Made by a program: the position numbers and the translations under genes
Part shown: piece by piece, positions 14,292 through 26,838 of the stretch
Layout of the letters: each line of letters starts with the position of its first letter
How positions within the stretch are numbered: the first letter of the stretch is position 1
Notes under the pieces: generated by a model
The model's database searches: none
The model's input: the letters and a program-made list of their open reading frames with translations, nothing else
Told to the model about the DNA's origin: nothing
From: Octopus sinensis
Taxonomy: Eukaryota
Assembly: GCF_006345805.1 (NCBI RefSeq)
Contig: NC_043008.1
Span: 66,154,001-66,218,000 of the forward strand
DNA length: 64,000 nucleotides
Reading direction: 5' to 3'

Positions 14292-15044
14292 GTGCTTCTC
14301 TCTCTCACACAACACACACATATCCACATACACATACACATACATTTTCTCTGTGCTTCTTATCTATCTCTGTGATATCTAACTATTCAAATATGTGTGT
14401 GTATATGTGTGTAAATAAATGAGTGGAAATATGTATGCATGTGTGTGTGTGTACTAGCCCACGTATGTATACGGATATGTGTATGTGTGTGTGTATACAT
14501 ACACGCATAAATATATGTGTGTGAATATGTGAGTGTAATATACATGTATATACATACATACATACACATATATATATATATATATATACACACATACATG
14601 CATATATATATATATATAAATACAAACACATAGATATATATGTGTGAATATGTGTATGATATATATAATATATGCATATACATACATATATATATATATA
14701 TAATATACATACATACATACATACATACATACATAAATACATACATACATATATATGCTGTATGCGTCTATTTATATATAGAAGTATAATACATGTCTAT
14801 CTTTCCAGATATCTATATATACCTATTTAGTTACCCATGTTCCTATTGCTGTTCTTATCTTTCTACGGATGTTTCTTTGTCGATATATATATGTATGCGT
14901 ATATATATATGTGTGTGTGTGTATGTATGTATACATACATATACATATATCTATATGTATGTATTTATGTATGTATGTATGTATGTATGTATGTATGTAT
15001 GTATGTACGTTTGTATGTATGTATGTATGTATGTATGTATGTAT

Positions 15045-15457
15045 AAGCGCAGGAGTGGCTATGTGGTAAGACGCTTGCTTCTCAAGCATAAGATTCCAGG
15101 TTCAGTCCAACTACGTAGCACCTTGTAGAGGTGTCTTCTACTAAAGCTACAGGCCGACCAAAGCTTTGTAAGTGGATTTGGTAGACGGAAACTGAAAGAA
15201 TCCCGTCGTAAATATACATGTATATATTCATGTGTGTATGTGTGTCTCTGTGTTTGTCCTCCCACCACCGCTTAACAACCGATGCTGGTGTGATTATGTC
15301 GCTGTTGTCTTGCGGTTCGGCAAAAGAGACCGATAGAATAAGTGCTAGGCTTACAAAGAATAAGTCCTGGGGTCGTTTTGTTCGACTAAAATCCTTCAAG
15401 GCGGCGCTCCAGCATGGCCGCAGTCAAATGACTGAAACAAGTGAAAGAATAAAAGAT
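15045..15457 (+). mobile_element. SINE family A
   Basis: Full-length consensus match. Confidence 0.9.
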
Positions 15458-15471
15458 ATATATATATATTT

Positions 15472-15513
<42 letters not shown>

Positions 15514-15825
15514 TATACATTTGCCCGTCTGTCTATCCAGCCTGTCGGTCTGGTTGACGGTCTGCCTGTCTGTGTGTCTGTTTATCTACTTGCCTGTGTC
15601 TATCTATTGAGCAGAAATATGTTGTAAGTGCACCAGATAGTTGACAACAGCACTGGATCGAGCCACTACCACCCCCAATTTTCTGTTTCTTTCTGCCCCC
15701 CCCCGTCTCTGTCTACCTGCCTTTCCTTCTCTCTCTTTATTTCTCCCTTTATTTCACTATATATCTATCTAGCTATCTATCAATCTATCAATCTACGTTT
15801 GTGTATGCATAATTACATATGTGAG

Positions 15826-15858
<33 letters not shown>

Positions 15859-15888
15859 TATATATATATATATATTATATATATACCG

Positions 15889-16063
15889 GAGTAAGCACAT
15901 AAATGTGAAACAAGGTAGAAAAAAGAGTACTCAAATACCAGTGGTAGAGTAATATGCTTTATTTAAAAGCAGCAGGAAATTCAACAAAACCTTTACTCTG
16001 AGGGAACGTGAAACTCAGAGTAACAGGTTTTGTTGAATGTTTTTGTTCTACTGCTTTAAATAA
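15889..16063. repeat. Short repeat with ~45-bp inverted duplication, flanked by (TA)n (PLE-like terminus)
   Basis: Arms 15958-16002 and 16014-16063 are complementary. Confidence 0.7.
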
Positions 16064-16126
16064 ATAATATATAATATATATATATATATATATAGATATA
16101 TATACATACATACATACATATATACA

Positions 16127-16194
<68 letters not shown>

Positions 16195-16347
16195 TATATA
16201 TATACATCCACCTATCTGTCTATTTATTTATGTATCAATCTACCTGCCTACCTGTCTATCAGTTTGTTTTTCTCTCTATCCGACAGTCTATCTATCTTAC
16301 TCAGTTACAGATACCGAGACAAAATATAGAAATATGTGTCTTCATTC

Positions 16348-16378
<31 letters not shown>

Positions 16379-16384
16379 CTATAT

Positions 16385-16416
<32 letters not shown>

Positions 16417-16545
16417 ATATATATATATATATATAATATATATACATATATCAACTACAAGTTGTTGAGTGCGATGAACATTGTTTTTCTTATTCTTAAT
16501 CTACATAGTTTCTTGGCTGATTGAAGGCTGTTGAGGTAATGAAAC

Positions 16546-16576
<31 letters not shown>

Positions 16577-17430
16577 TGTATGTATGTATGTATGTATGTA
16601 TGTATGTATGTATGTATGTATGTATGTGTACGTATGTGTGTGTATGCATGTGTGCATACGTATGTATGTATATATGTCTGTATATTTATGTATGTATGAA
16701 TGTGTATATATATATATATGTATGTATGTGTGTGTGTATGTGCCTATGTATAAATGTATGCATGTATGTGTGTGTTTATGTATGTATGTATGTATGTATG
16801 TATGTATGTATGTATGTATGTGTATATAGGTATGCATGCATGCCTGCATGTATGTATGTATATGTTCATGTATGTATGTATTTATCTATCTATCTATCTG
16901 TGTGTATTTATGTATGTGAGTGCATTTGGGTGTGTATGTTTGCCCTGGGTATGACTGCATACGGCAATGAAGGTCTGATTTGGGAAATCTAGGGTTTTTG
17001 GAAGCGTGGAACCAATTCTCAGCTACTATTGTTTCCAGGTTTACGGGTCCCAGTTGTAGGTTAACTAGCATGTGTGATGAAATTCCAAATGAGCCCGGAA
17101 AGTATTTTTGCTCTTTTTGTTTAGAGATAGATAAGTCGGAAATTCGTACAGTTTTGAAATACGAGTTCTTTCTTGGAAATACAACATCACAGACAGTGAA
17201 ACCTCTGGGAGTGAGGGTTTTCTAGCTATTATCACAACATTATTTCATGAGAGGATCACTCTGATGTAATACCAGCGGCTTTACGTGATTGCTGGTCATC
17301 TCGTTTCGCGCTATCTCTAAAGTACTAATCACGGAAACTCAGAGAGCGTTACTCGAGTTGTGAAAGGTGCAATTGTTTATCACTATGATCCATTAGCGAC
17401 AAGATGTCTCTTTATGGTGAATCATTTCTC

Positions 17431-17760
17431 AATGCGCATGGCTAAAGGGTTAGAGTATAGAGTTCACAATCATGAGGTAAGTTCGATTCCTGGACCGAGC
17501 TGTGTGTTGTGTTCTTGAGCAAGACACTTTATTTCATATAGCTCCAGTTCACTCAGCAGTTGAAATTAGTTGCAATGTCACTGGTACCAAGCTGTATCGG
17601 CCTTTGCCTTTCCCTTGGATAACATCAGTAGCATGGAGAGGGGAGGCTGGTATACATAGGTGACTGCTGGTCTTCCATAAAAACAACCGTGCCCCGGAGA
17701 GTAACTTTCTAGATGCAATCCCATGGTCATTCATGACTGAAGGGGGTCTTTACCTTTACT
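17431..17760 (+). mobile_element. SINE family C (tRNA head, CORE-like GTGTTCTTGAGCAAGACACTT)
   Basis: Second copy at 57841-58140. Confidence 0.85.
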
Positions 17761-18077
17761 TGTTATTACATCTGTTGAAAGTCTTATGGCAATAAAAGAG
17801 TAGTGACGAGTGCAGACCTAACTACTTGGAACTGCACAGCAAGTTACAACATTCGTGGGACGAAAAAGTTATCTGAGAGGTCATAGATCGAAACACAGAA
17901 ATGTCGTTGACAATGAGTAAGTATGAGGAGTCGGAAATCAACTGTGAAGATGGAGCAACCACTATTTATGTATGTTATTAGTCAGTTTCAATTTAAGATT
18001 TCTTGCCAGTAGAGAAAGAGTCGGTTTCTAACCTAGATCCAAGGCTGCTTCATTGGAATTTCAACAACATCAAGAGG

Positions 18078-18108
<31 letters not shown>

Positions 18109-18154
18109 TGTATGTATGTATGTATGTATATGTATGTATGTACGCGCGTATGTA

Positions 18155-19215
18155 TTAGGTCGTCAAGTATGAAATTTGTAGCAAGGTATATGGTAAATTT
18201 TGACAGCTACTCATTTTGCCCCATTATTATAATTTGAGAATCTTTATTTTTTGTTAGAAAGCTGACGCATCTATTTCTTTATTCTGACTCATTTTGCGCT
18301 TTATAAAGTATTTTTGCTATTTTTGTTTAGAGATAGATAAGTCGGAAATTCGTACAGTTTTGAAATATGAGTTCTTTCTTGGAAATACAACATCACAGAC
18401 AGCTCGGAATATTCTAATGTTATTACACAGCAGACAGTATCAAGTTGGTTTGCAAAATTTTGTTCTGTTAACTTTGACCTCGCAAATGAGCAATGCGGTC
18501 AACCAGAAACAAAGGTGGATAATGACGAATTGAAAGCCACCGTCGAGTCAGATCCATCTCAAAGTGTCCGCGAATTATCGTAGTTGTTTGGTGTTAGCAA
18601 GCAAACAATATTGATTCACCTAGTTCAAATCGGTAAAGTGAAAAATTTGGATGAGTGGGTTCCACATGAAAATCAGAAACAGCAACGTTTGGAAGCCTGC
18701 ATTATGCTACTTTCTCGTCATTAAAATTAATCATTTTTTTAATCGAATTGTAACATGTGATGAGAAATGGATCCAATACAACAACCGTAAACGTTCAGCA
18801 CAATGGTTAGACAAAGACCAGCCACCAAAACACCGTCCAAAAAGCAAAATTCATCAAAAGAAGCTGATGGTGTGTGTTTGGTGGTCTGGCGCAGGTGTGA
18901 TCCATTAGGATTTCATTAAACCCGGCTCATCAATCACGGCCGAAGTAAACTGCAGCCAACTGGACCAAATGATGCAGAAACTTACAAAAAAGCAGTGTAG
19001 ATTAGTCAACAGATCCACTTCTATTTTATTGCAAGACAATGCCAAACCACACATCGCAAAAGTGACATTGGGGAGAATACAGGAGTTGGAGTTGGAAGTT
19101 CTCTATCATCCACCATACTTACCTGAGCTTGCCCCTACTGACTACCACTCATTCCAAAATGTTGTATTACATTTCGATAGGAAAAACTTTTATTCCGACG
19201 AGGCTGTAATACCGC
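18155..19215 (+). mobile_element. 3'-truncated mariner, second family
   Basis: TA|TTAGGTCGTC left end; DKSEIRTVLKYEF, TCDEKWI, KKLMVCVWW, LQDNAKPH, PPYLPELAPTDYH. Confidence 0.92.
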
Positions 19216-19499
19216 TGAGTTTAATTTTATCGATCCCGGGATCGATAAAATAAATTATCATCCAAATATCGAGGTCGATACAATCGATTATCGTCGTCCC
19301 GATAGAATTTCTGTCTTCCGGACTCAAATTTTAACTGCATTTGTAAACCTGAGTTCACTAAATTTATAATGGCTAGTTCTTGGTTCTTTAAGCCCAGGTA
19401 AAACCATTTTATATGGTCCCATCATTAAAGGCATTTTAAGCCATAGATATCCCACCATTTAGGGTCACCTATGACTATATTGGACAAGCCGTACCTATG

Positions 19500-19509
19500 C
19501 ATTGGCGTA

Positions 19510-19571
<62 letters not shown>

Positions 19572-19735
19572 TGTGTGTGTGTGTGTGTGTTGCCACCTCC
19601 TCTCGGGCTCCCAAGTCTATACTGACTTATTTAGCAAGCCTAAAAGTACCGCCCCAATTAAAGCGTTTCCTGGGGTGGATCGCCACCTTCGTCTCCTCAC
19701 CACCCTTGTCTTCCTACTTCTTAGCTATGCTAAAG
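19500..19735. mobile_element. Old hAT-like MITE containing (TG)n
   Basis: Degenerate TIR CATTGGCGTAACTAG; 8-bp TSD TACCTATG/TACATATG. Confidence 0.55.
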
Positions 19736-20109
19736 TACATATGTATAACTAATAATCCAGCCTCTTGATAACAAGCCGCCTGGGGGCCGCTCCTGAGCCT
19801 ATGATACAAGCTTCCTGTTTTAAAATGATCTAACTGAAAATCTAACATCAAAATTTCGTGTTTAATTTATTTTCCAAAACTCCCAACTTTATGATGACAG
19901 GTAAAATACTAAATTTTTCGTTATTTTTAAAATTCATTGAAACAAAGTTTGAGCATTTCAACAGAAGTAGCACCAGGAAAGGCTTAATGGGCTTCACAGC
20001 TTGATGCTAAACAAAAGTTAATATTTTTTTAATTTTTTAGACAGAAGAAATTTGAGGGAGAAAAGGGTTATTTCTATTAGTTTGAGCGACTACGAAAGGG
20101 CGCCTTCGT

Positions 20110-20112
20110 TAC

Positions 20113-20196
<84 letters not shown>

Positions 20197-20306
20197 TATG
20201 ATAGATAGATAGATAGATATATATGAATATATATATATACTTACATACATATATATATATATATATATACTTACCCATATTATATATATATATTACATAC
20301 ATATAG

Positions 20307-20337
<31 letters not shown>

Positions 20338-20833
20338 ATATATATACGTACACACACATATATACTATATATATATATATAATATATAATATACATATAA
20401 ATATATACCATTCTGACAAAAAATATACATGCATGGAGTTACATTTCATGGTATGTTGAAACTATGTCTTCGTTTCTGAAAAAGCAACGTTTGACTGCGC
20501 AATTTTTAAATAACAGCAACAAAATGTATGTATGTATTATATATGAATATATATATATATAATATATATATTTATATATATATATATAGATATATATAAT
20601 ATTATATATATTATTATATATAATATATATATATATATATTATTTATATATATATATAATATATATATATTATTATATATATAATATAATATATATATAA
20701 TATTATTATATATATATATAATAATATATATATATATATATATTATATATATAATATATGTGGTTGTGTGTGTGTATATACTATATATATATATACAGAT
20801 ATATATGGTGTATGTGTACATAAATATATATAT

Positions 20834-20889
<56 letters not shown>

Positions 20890-20900
20890 AGTTAATCAAA
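20110..20900. repeat. (AGAT)n and (TA)n microsatellite block
   Basis: Simple repeats. Confidence 0.95.
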
Positions 20901-21000
20901 TATGTCCTTTGATAACAAGGTGTACTGGCGATGTCATTAGTGCTCTGTATATGTCTAAAGCCTTAAAAAGATATTTAGAGAATCAATGAGAGCGATTATA

Positions 21001-21366
21001 TATTAGAGAGTAATAAGTTGGAAAGGTTATATCTTAAGAATCGCAGCAGTACACAATATAAGCAATATTGTATTAATAAATAAATAGATAAAATACAGCT
21101 ATGATCATTAAAAAAATTTTTTAATGTTTTAAAAGTTCTTAAGAAAGTGTGTTTGTTTGTGTGTGTATGTGTGTGTGTCTGTTTGCGTGCTTGTGTGTGT
21201 ACGGGCACAGACAGTTCTTAAGAACTTTTAAAACATTTTAAAATATTTTAAATGATCATAGCTGTACTTTATCTATTTATTTATATATACAATATTGCTT
21301 ATATTGTGTACTTATCTCTATTGTGATTCTTAAGATAGAACCTTCCCAACTTTTTACTCTCTAATA
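21001..21366. mobile_element. Fold-back element/MITE with ~145-bp inverted arms
   Basis: 21001-21145 complementary to 21215-21366 (about 85-90 percent by eye), TG-rich spacer. Confidence 0.75.
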
Positions 21367-21824
21367 TATGAGTTAAAATATATATAATGAATGCACGAAC
21401 GGGAAACAAACACCAAATCCACGCTATGACGACAGGGTCAAGCGCAATTATGCGCCTATACACACACACAACGTTATAATGTACTGCATGTATGTATGTC
21501 TATGTGTATATATATATCATATATATAAACATACAAAAATATGTGTGTGTGTGTGTGTGTGTGTGGGCACAGACAAAGTTATCATGTACAAGTCAGAGAC
21601 ATTTTTACAAGGTGTATGCATTTCGGCAAGTTTAGCTCATCGAACTGGAATATCCTCTCTTCCTTTCACCGGATTGAAGACACAGTTTAACGCACTTTAA
21701 ACTTTCCCCGTTCGACTACCTCTGCTAGGTATAGTTTTTTTTTATATTATTACATGGAAACACGCAACATCAGCAACATTCTTTATTCAACAGGCTAAAG
21801 GGATATAACCTAGATTTATGATCG

Positions 21825-22025
21825 GGCGAAATGCTTAGCGGTATTTCGTCTGTAGCTACGTTCTGAGTTCAAATTCCGCCGAGGTCGACTTTGCCTTTCA
21901 TCCTTTCGGGGTCGATTAAATAAGTACCAGTTACGCACTGGGGTCGATATAATCGACTTAATCCGTTTGTCTGTCCTTGTTTGTCCTCTCTGTGTTTAAC
22001 CCCTTGTGGGTAGTAAAGAAATAGG
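21825..22025 (+). mobile_element. SINE family D, 5'-truncated
   Basis: GCCTTTCATCCTTTCGGGGTCGATTAAATAAGTACCAG. Confidence 0.85.
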
Positions 22026-22099
22026 TACTAAACGATTTGTGACAGTTACTGATATAATTTTCGCTTTTAAACACAGTACGTCCATAAGGGATATTATCC

Positions 22100-22519
22100 C
22101 TGGACGAATGCCGCAGTTAATTTGGCTTTACACGACGTAACCGCATTAAGAGTAGCGGTTGGTAGTAGGGTACATGCCACTGACAAACTCCAATGAGGTT
22201 ATATATATGTGTGTGGGTGTGTGCGAGTGTGCGTGTAGTATGTATGTATATGTATATATATGAATTTTCTGCACTGTCCTCAGATTGACACCCAAACACT
22301 CTGAAATATTCGTATTAGAGCTTGCAGTGCGAATGCCAAGCAGTACAGCATGTCGTTTCCAAATTTCTGGCTGAGGGAATTGCGTCATGGTACTGTTTTT
22401 CTCACAGACGTTGTCCAACTAACCTTACTATACTGTGTAGTCAATGAAATCAAAAACAAACAAGGCGCATGCGCGAAATTAAGAATATAAAATGGTGACA
22501 ATTTACGCATCGCACCCTG
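22100..22519 (-). mobile_element. Tc1/mariner (maT/DD37D-like) 5' fragment
   Basis: TIR-like CAGGGTGCGATGCGTAAATT; EIWKRHAVLLGIR..ISECLGVNLRTVQKI helix-turn-helix. Confidence 0.6.
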
Positions 22520-23454
22520 AATGCATTTATACATGTATATATGTATATATAGACCTCATGATGAGGAATTATCTAGAATTAAAGAACATAGAAATATTTT
22601 TGGAGCAGTGACAATCGGAATATTCAGTGTGTGTGTGCGTGTGTGTGTGTGTGTGTGTTGTGGTGTGTGTGGTGTGCTTGTGTGTGTATGTGCCTGTGTG
22701 CGTATGTGTGTGTACGTGTATAACGCACCACATAATTAACTTTATATATGTATATATTACACCTTTGTATGTATGTATATATCTATAATAAATAACAAAT
22801 TACATTAGAACCCAATATAACATATTACGATTCAAATTTATATCTATGGATACCGAGTAAATGTACTCAGCTGAGTCAGTTGTAGTAAAGACTATAATAT
22901 ATAATCAGATTAAAATAGATCACGAAAAAATTGCAGGATAAAAACATCGTTCATATATCAATATATTCATTTCCTATATTCGATTCAATAATACAATATC
23001 AATGACGCTTGTGTGTGTGTGTGCGTGTGTGTGCATGTGTATTGTGTGTGTGAGAGTGTTGTGTGTGTTTTGTGTGTATTTGTGTGTGTTTGCGTACGTG
23101 TCTTGTGTGCGTACGTGTGTGTGTGTTCAGGTAACGATTTGGAGACGTATTCAATACGAAGGTAGAACGCAGTAACCTATTTCATTACTTAGGTCGATAC
23201 TGCGGCTTGTTACATTGGATTTTCCACGGGATGCAAGTGTTTTGCGAGCACTATTTCGGCTCTTAGGCGTTCTGAGATCTAATCCCACCCAGGTCAACAT
23301 TGCGTTTCGTCCTTCCGGGGTCGATAATAATGAAGTACCAGTAATCCTCCATCAAAATCTCTGACCTTGCACCCAAATTAGAAACCATTCGTAGCCTTCT
23401 TTTAACTGAAAAGAGCAGGCAGTTTTCATATCCCCCATGTCCATGGCGAAATAT

Positions 23455-23688
23455 ATTTCTTTACTGCCCACAAGGGGCTAAACATAGAGGGGACAAACAA
23501 GGACATACAAAGGGATTAAGTCGATTACATCGACCCCAGTGCGAAACTGGTACTTTATTTATCGACCCCGAAAGGATGAAAGGCAAAGTCGACCTCGGCG
23601 GAATTTGAACTCAGAACGTAACGACAGACGAAATACCGCTAAGCATTTCACCCGGCGCGCTAACGTTTCTGCCAGCTCGCCGCCTTTT
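23455..23688 (-). mobile_element. SINE family D, young full-length copy
   Basis: GGCGGCGAGCTGGCAGAAACGTTAG head; intact Meta-like domain. Confidence 0.9.
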
Positions 23689-24258
23689 AATGGCGGAATA
23701 GGTTGTACGGTGGACGAGATTGAAGCGACAAGCGTTTTTCTTTTTAGCCAATACCTAAGCAACGTCTTCAAGTTTCTCATGGAGAGGAAAATAAGGATGG
23801 AGAAGGAAGTGTTGCCTCCTAGCTATTTTGTTGGAAGGTGAATGTGAGTGGCGAGCACGGTGCGATTGAACGTGGCTGAGGATACGCCTGTAAATCTGAG
23901 ATAAGGAACTGAGAAAAGGCACATGCCCAAATACAGGGCAACTAAGATTTTATGAGGGTTTTTTTCCATGGGCAGCCCCGAATGTCACCGCCTTATTCAG
24001 GAATATCCATTGTTAAAATGTTATAACTACTTTTTTTTGCTTACTCGTTTACATGCAAAACGCTCAGAATAATACACACGCACACACATACACACATGCA
24101 CACACATACACACAAGAACACACATACACACACGCACACATATACACATGCACACATATATACACGCGCACACACATGCACACACTTACTCAATGTTTTT
24201 GCCCATATGTTTTTCTTAATGTAAACCCATTGTGGTTAATAAAGACATCATTATTTTT

Positions 24259-24439
24259 CAGTTCTATATTTAAGAGATGAGGAATTATGTACATTATTTA
24301 CATGATTTATAATTGACGGATATTTGTCCTCATCTTGTTTGTTGTTAACCACTACGCCATATGCCCACGGGTATATGACGTAGTGGTTAAGAGTGCGGGC
24401 TACTAACCCCAAGATTCCGAGTTCGATTCCAGGCAGTGA

Positions 24440-24531
<92 letters not shown>

Positions 24532-24685
24532 CAACAACAACAACATCGAAAAATACCTTAGGAATGAGAACCCAGGTTCGAAATTTCCCCAAGACACCTG
24601 ATGAAGGCTGGCGGGTATATCAGCCGAAATGTTGTGTTAACAACAAGCAAGATGAGGACAAATATCCGTCAATTGTAAATAAAGT
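24259..24685 (+). mobile_element. SINE-like family E: tRNA-like head, (AAT)n, PLE-like tail with hammerhead, and 5' inverted arm
   Basis: 12-bp TSD ATCATTATTTTT (24247-24258/24686-24697); A box 24377-24387; B box 24419-24430; second copy at 56950-57810. Confidence 0.85.
24593..24638 (+). ncRNA. Minimal type I hammerhead ribozyme motif
   Basis: GACAC-CTGATGA-A-GGCTG(loop)CAGCC-GAA-ATGT-T-GTGTT; stems I and II pair. Confidence 0.7.
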
Positions 24686-24744
24686 ATCATTATTTTTATC
24701 ATTGAAAGAACAGCGCATGTCATCAAAATAACACTTCAATACAA

Positions 24745-25045
24745 ATATACGAAGCTCAATATACCCATCATGACTACCCGTCTGATAAGGGTACACCAGA
24801 CTCATGCATCACATCCATATGTAAGCGACATGGAGATCTCATATCAAGATAAACAGCACATGACTTTGCAGGTGGGGGCCCTATTCGAATTTTCTTCTAG
24901 TCGAAGAGCCTATCCCGCACAAAAGATCCTTGAATAAATGTTGTTTAAGGATGCTGAACGAAACAACCATGTTTCCAGAGGTGAATTATTCAAACCCCAA
25001 AGAATTCCTATCAGCACATGGCTATGATGCTCCCCAACTACTTCT
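24745..25045. mobile_element. Partial copy of the ~560-bp interspersed repeat at 40441-40998
   Basis: Colinear similarity (ATACCCATCATGACTACC...ATTCAAACCCCAAAGA). Confidence 0.8.
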
Positions 25046-25560
<515 letters not shown>

Positions 25561-26756
25561 GTAAAAGATAAAAGATAATTTAGTACAAACTTTAGGGAGA
25601 GCTGAACAGTATGTTTTACACCCTCCTCATGCAAGCGTTTCGGCCCTTAACTCCTCACACGCTACGTAAGACGGGCCACATTCAAGTCATGACTATTGGA
25701 TACCTTTCTTCTGCCACATTTTGTGCTGCTGTCTGCATTGTAAATTGCCTCTTCTATGATGGTGTAGACGCCCTAGAGCTAAGATAACTTGGATAACGTA
25801 ACCACTTTGTTCTAAGATACCAGTTGAGTGTAGAGCAAATTATGCTTTCTGAGGTTCAATTTCATTCCTCCTGGGCCAGATTCATCTGGAAGTTTTCCCA
25901 GCTACTTCTGCCCTTGCCTTCAGGGCTCTGTCCTCATTCTCTCAAAAACTGAGAGCCGTTTCCCGTCTCTATTGTGTGAACTATGACTTGGAAGATAAAT
26001 CCCCTCAGTTTGATGGCTAAACCGCCATATTTCTCGATCTGTCGGCGAATGTTAAAGCAAGTTGGATGTAGACAGTATAGAGATAAAACGTAACAACCAA
26101 TCAGCAGTTTCGGCACAAAATTCAAACTTCTCAAAACAGAACTGTACCAACAGAAATAATAAATACATGGAAAATGTCCAGGAATAACAAATATATGTAA
26201 TACGTATATTTATTTCGGTGTCTGTAAAACCTAAATTGTTTTCCTTGTGTTAGATGCTGTAAGCTGTTTTTACATTAATGCATGTACTGAATACTTTCTA
26301 TGTCTTTCAGTTCTTTATACAAGTTATTACAGTAAAATTATATTACCGTTGCACCTGCGAAATATCTATATATCTCCATAATGTTAAATGTAACCCATAC
26401 TTTTGTTGTTAAATCTGAGGGTTGTGCCATCTCGTGTATAATATAACACATAATGTAGCAGTAAGCGAACAGTTTCGAATAATTTCGGCAGACATCGGAC
26501 TGACCAATTTTACTTTAATTATTCAGTACTCAGATCGAATTATCTATAACGAAAACCGGGGATATGCACGAGGTGTAACGTCTTCTTGCAAGTAACAAAG
26601 TGCCTTGTGCAGGAATAATAATTATCTGTAACAAGTGGATATATATATATATATATCCACACAATATAAATATATATATATATATCTATATAGATATATT
26701 GTGGTGAATTGAAGAAATGGAGCTGAACGCAGATTGAACAGAAATCGTTTTATTTC

Positions 26757-26838
26757 ATTCTACACGTGTTTCGAAAGGCACAAATTACCAAAATGATTGA
26801 ATAATGGGACCATAGTGTGTCTTTCTCTTCAGAGAAGA
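26757..26838 (-). ncRNA. Hammerhead ribozyme motif (CUGAAGA core, GUA site)
   Basis: CTGAAGA-GAAAG.CACA(loop)TGTG.CTTTC-GAA-ACACGTGT-A; stem I needs a 1-nt bulge. Confidence 0.6.

Noticed and set aside
23748-23837. Possible 90-bp symmetric exon (QYLSNVFKFLMERKIRMEKEVLPPSYFVG)
   Set aside because: Splice sites are plausible, but the peptide is unrecognised and no partner exons were found.
24369-24443. tRNA gene (Ser-like anticodon loop CTACTAA)
   Set aside because: Acceptor stem does not pair and it is the head of a repeated, TSD-bounded element; other tRNA-like heads in the window are likewise SINEs.
25630-25665. Minus-strand GGCCGAAACGC hammerhead remnant
   Set aside because: Core and stem II too degenerate to support.
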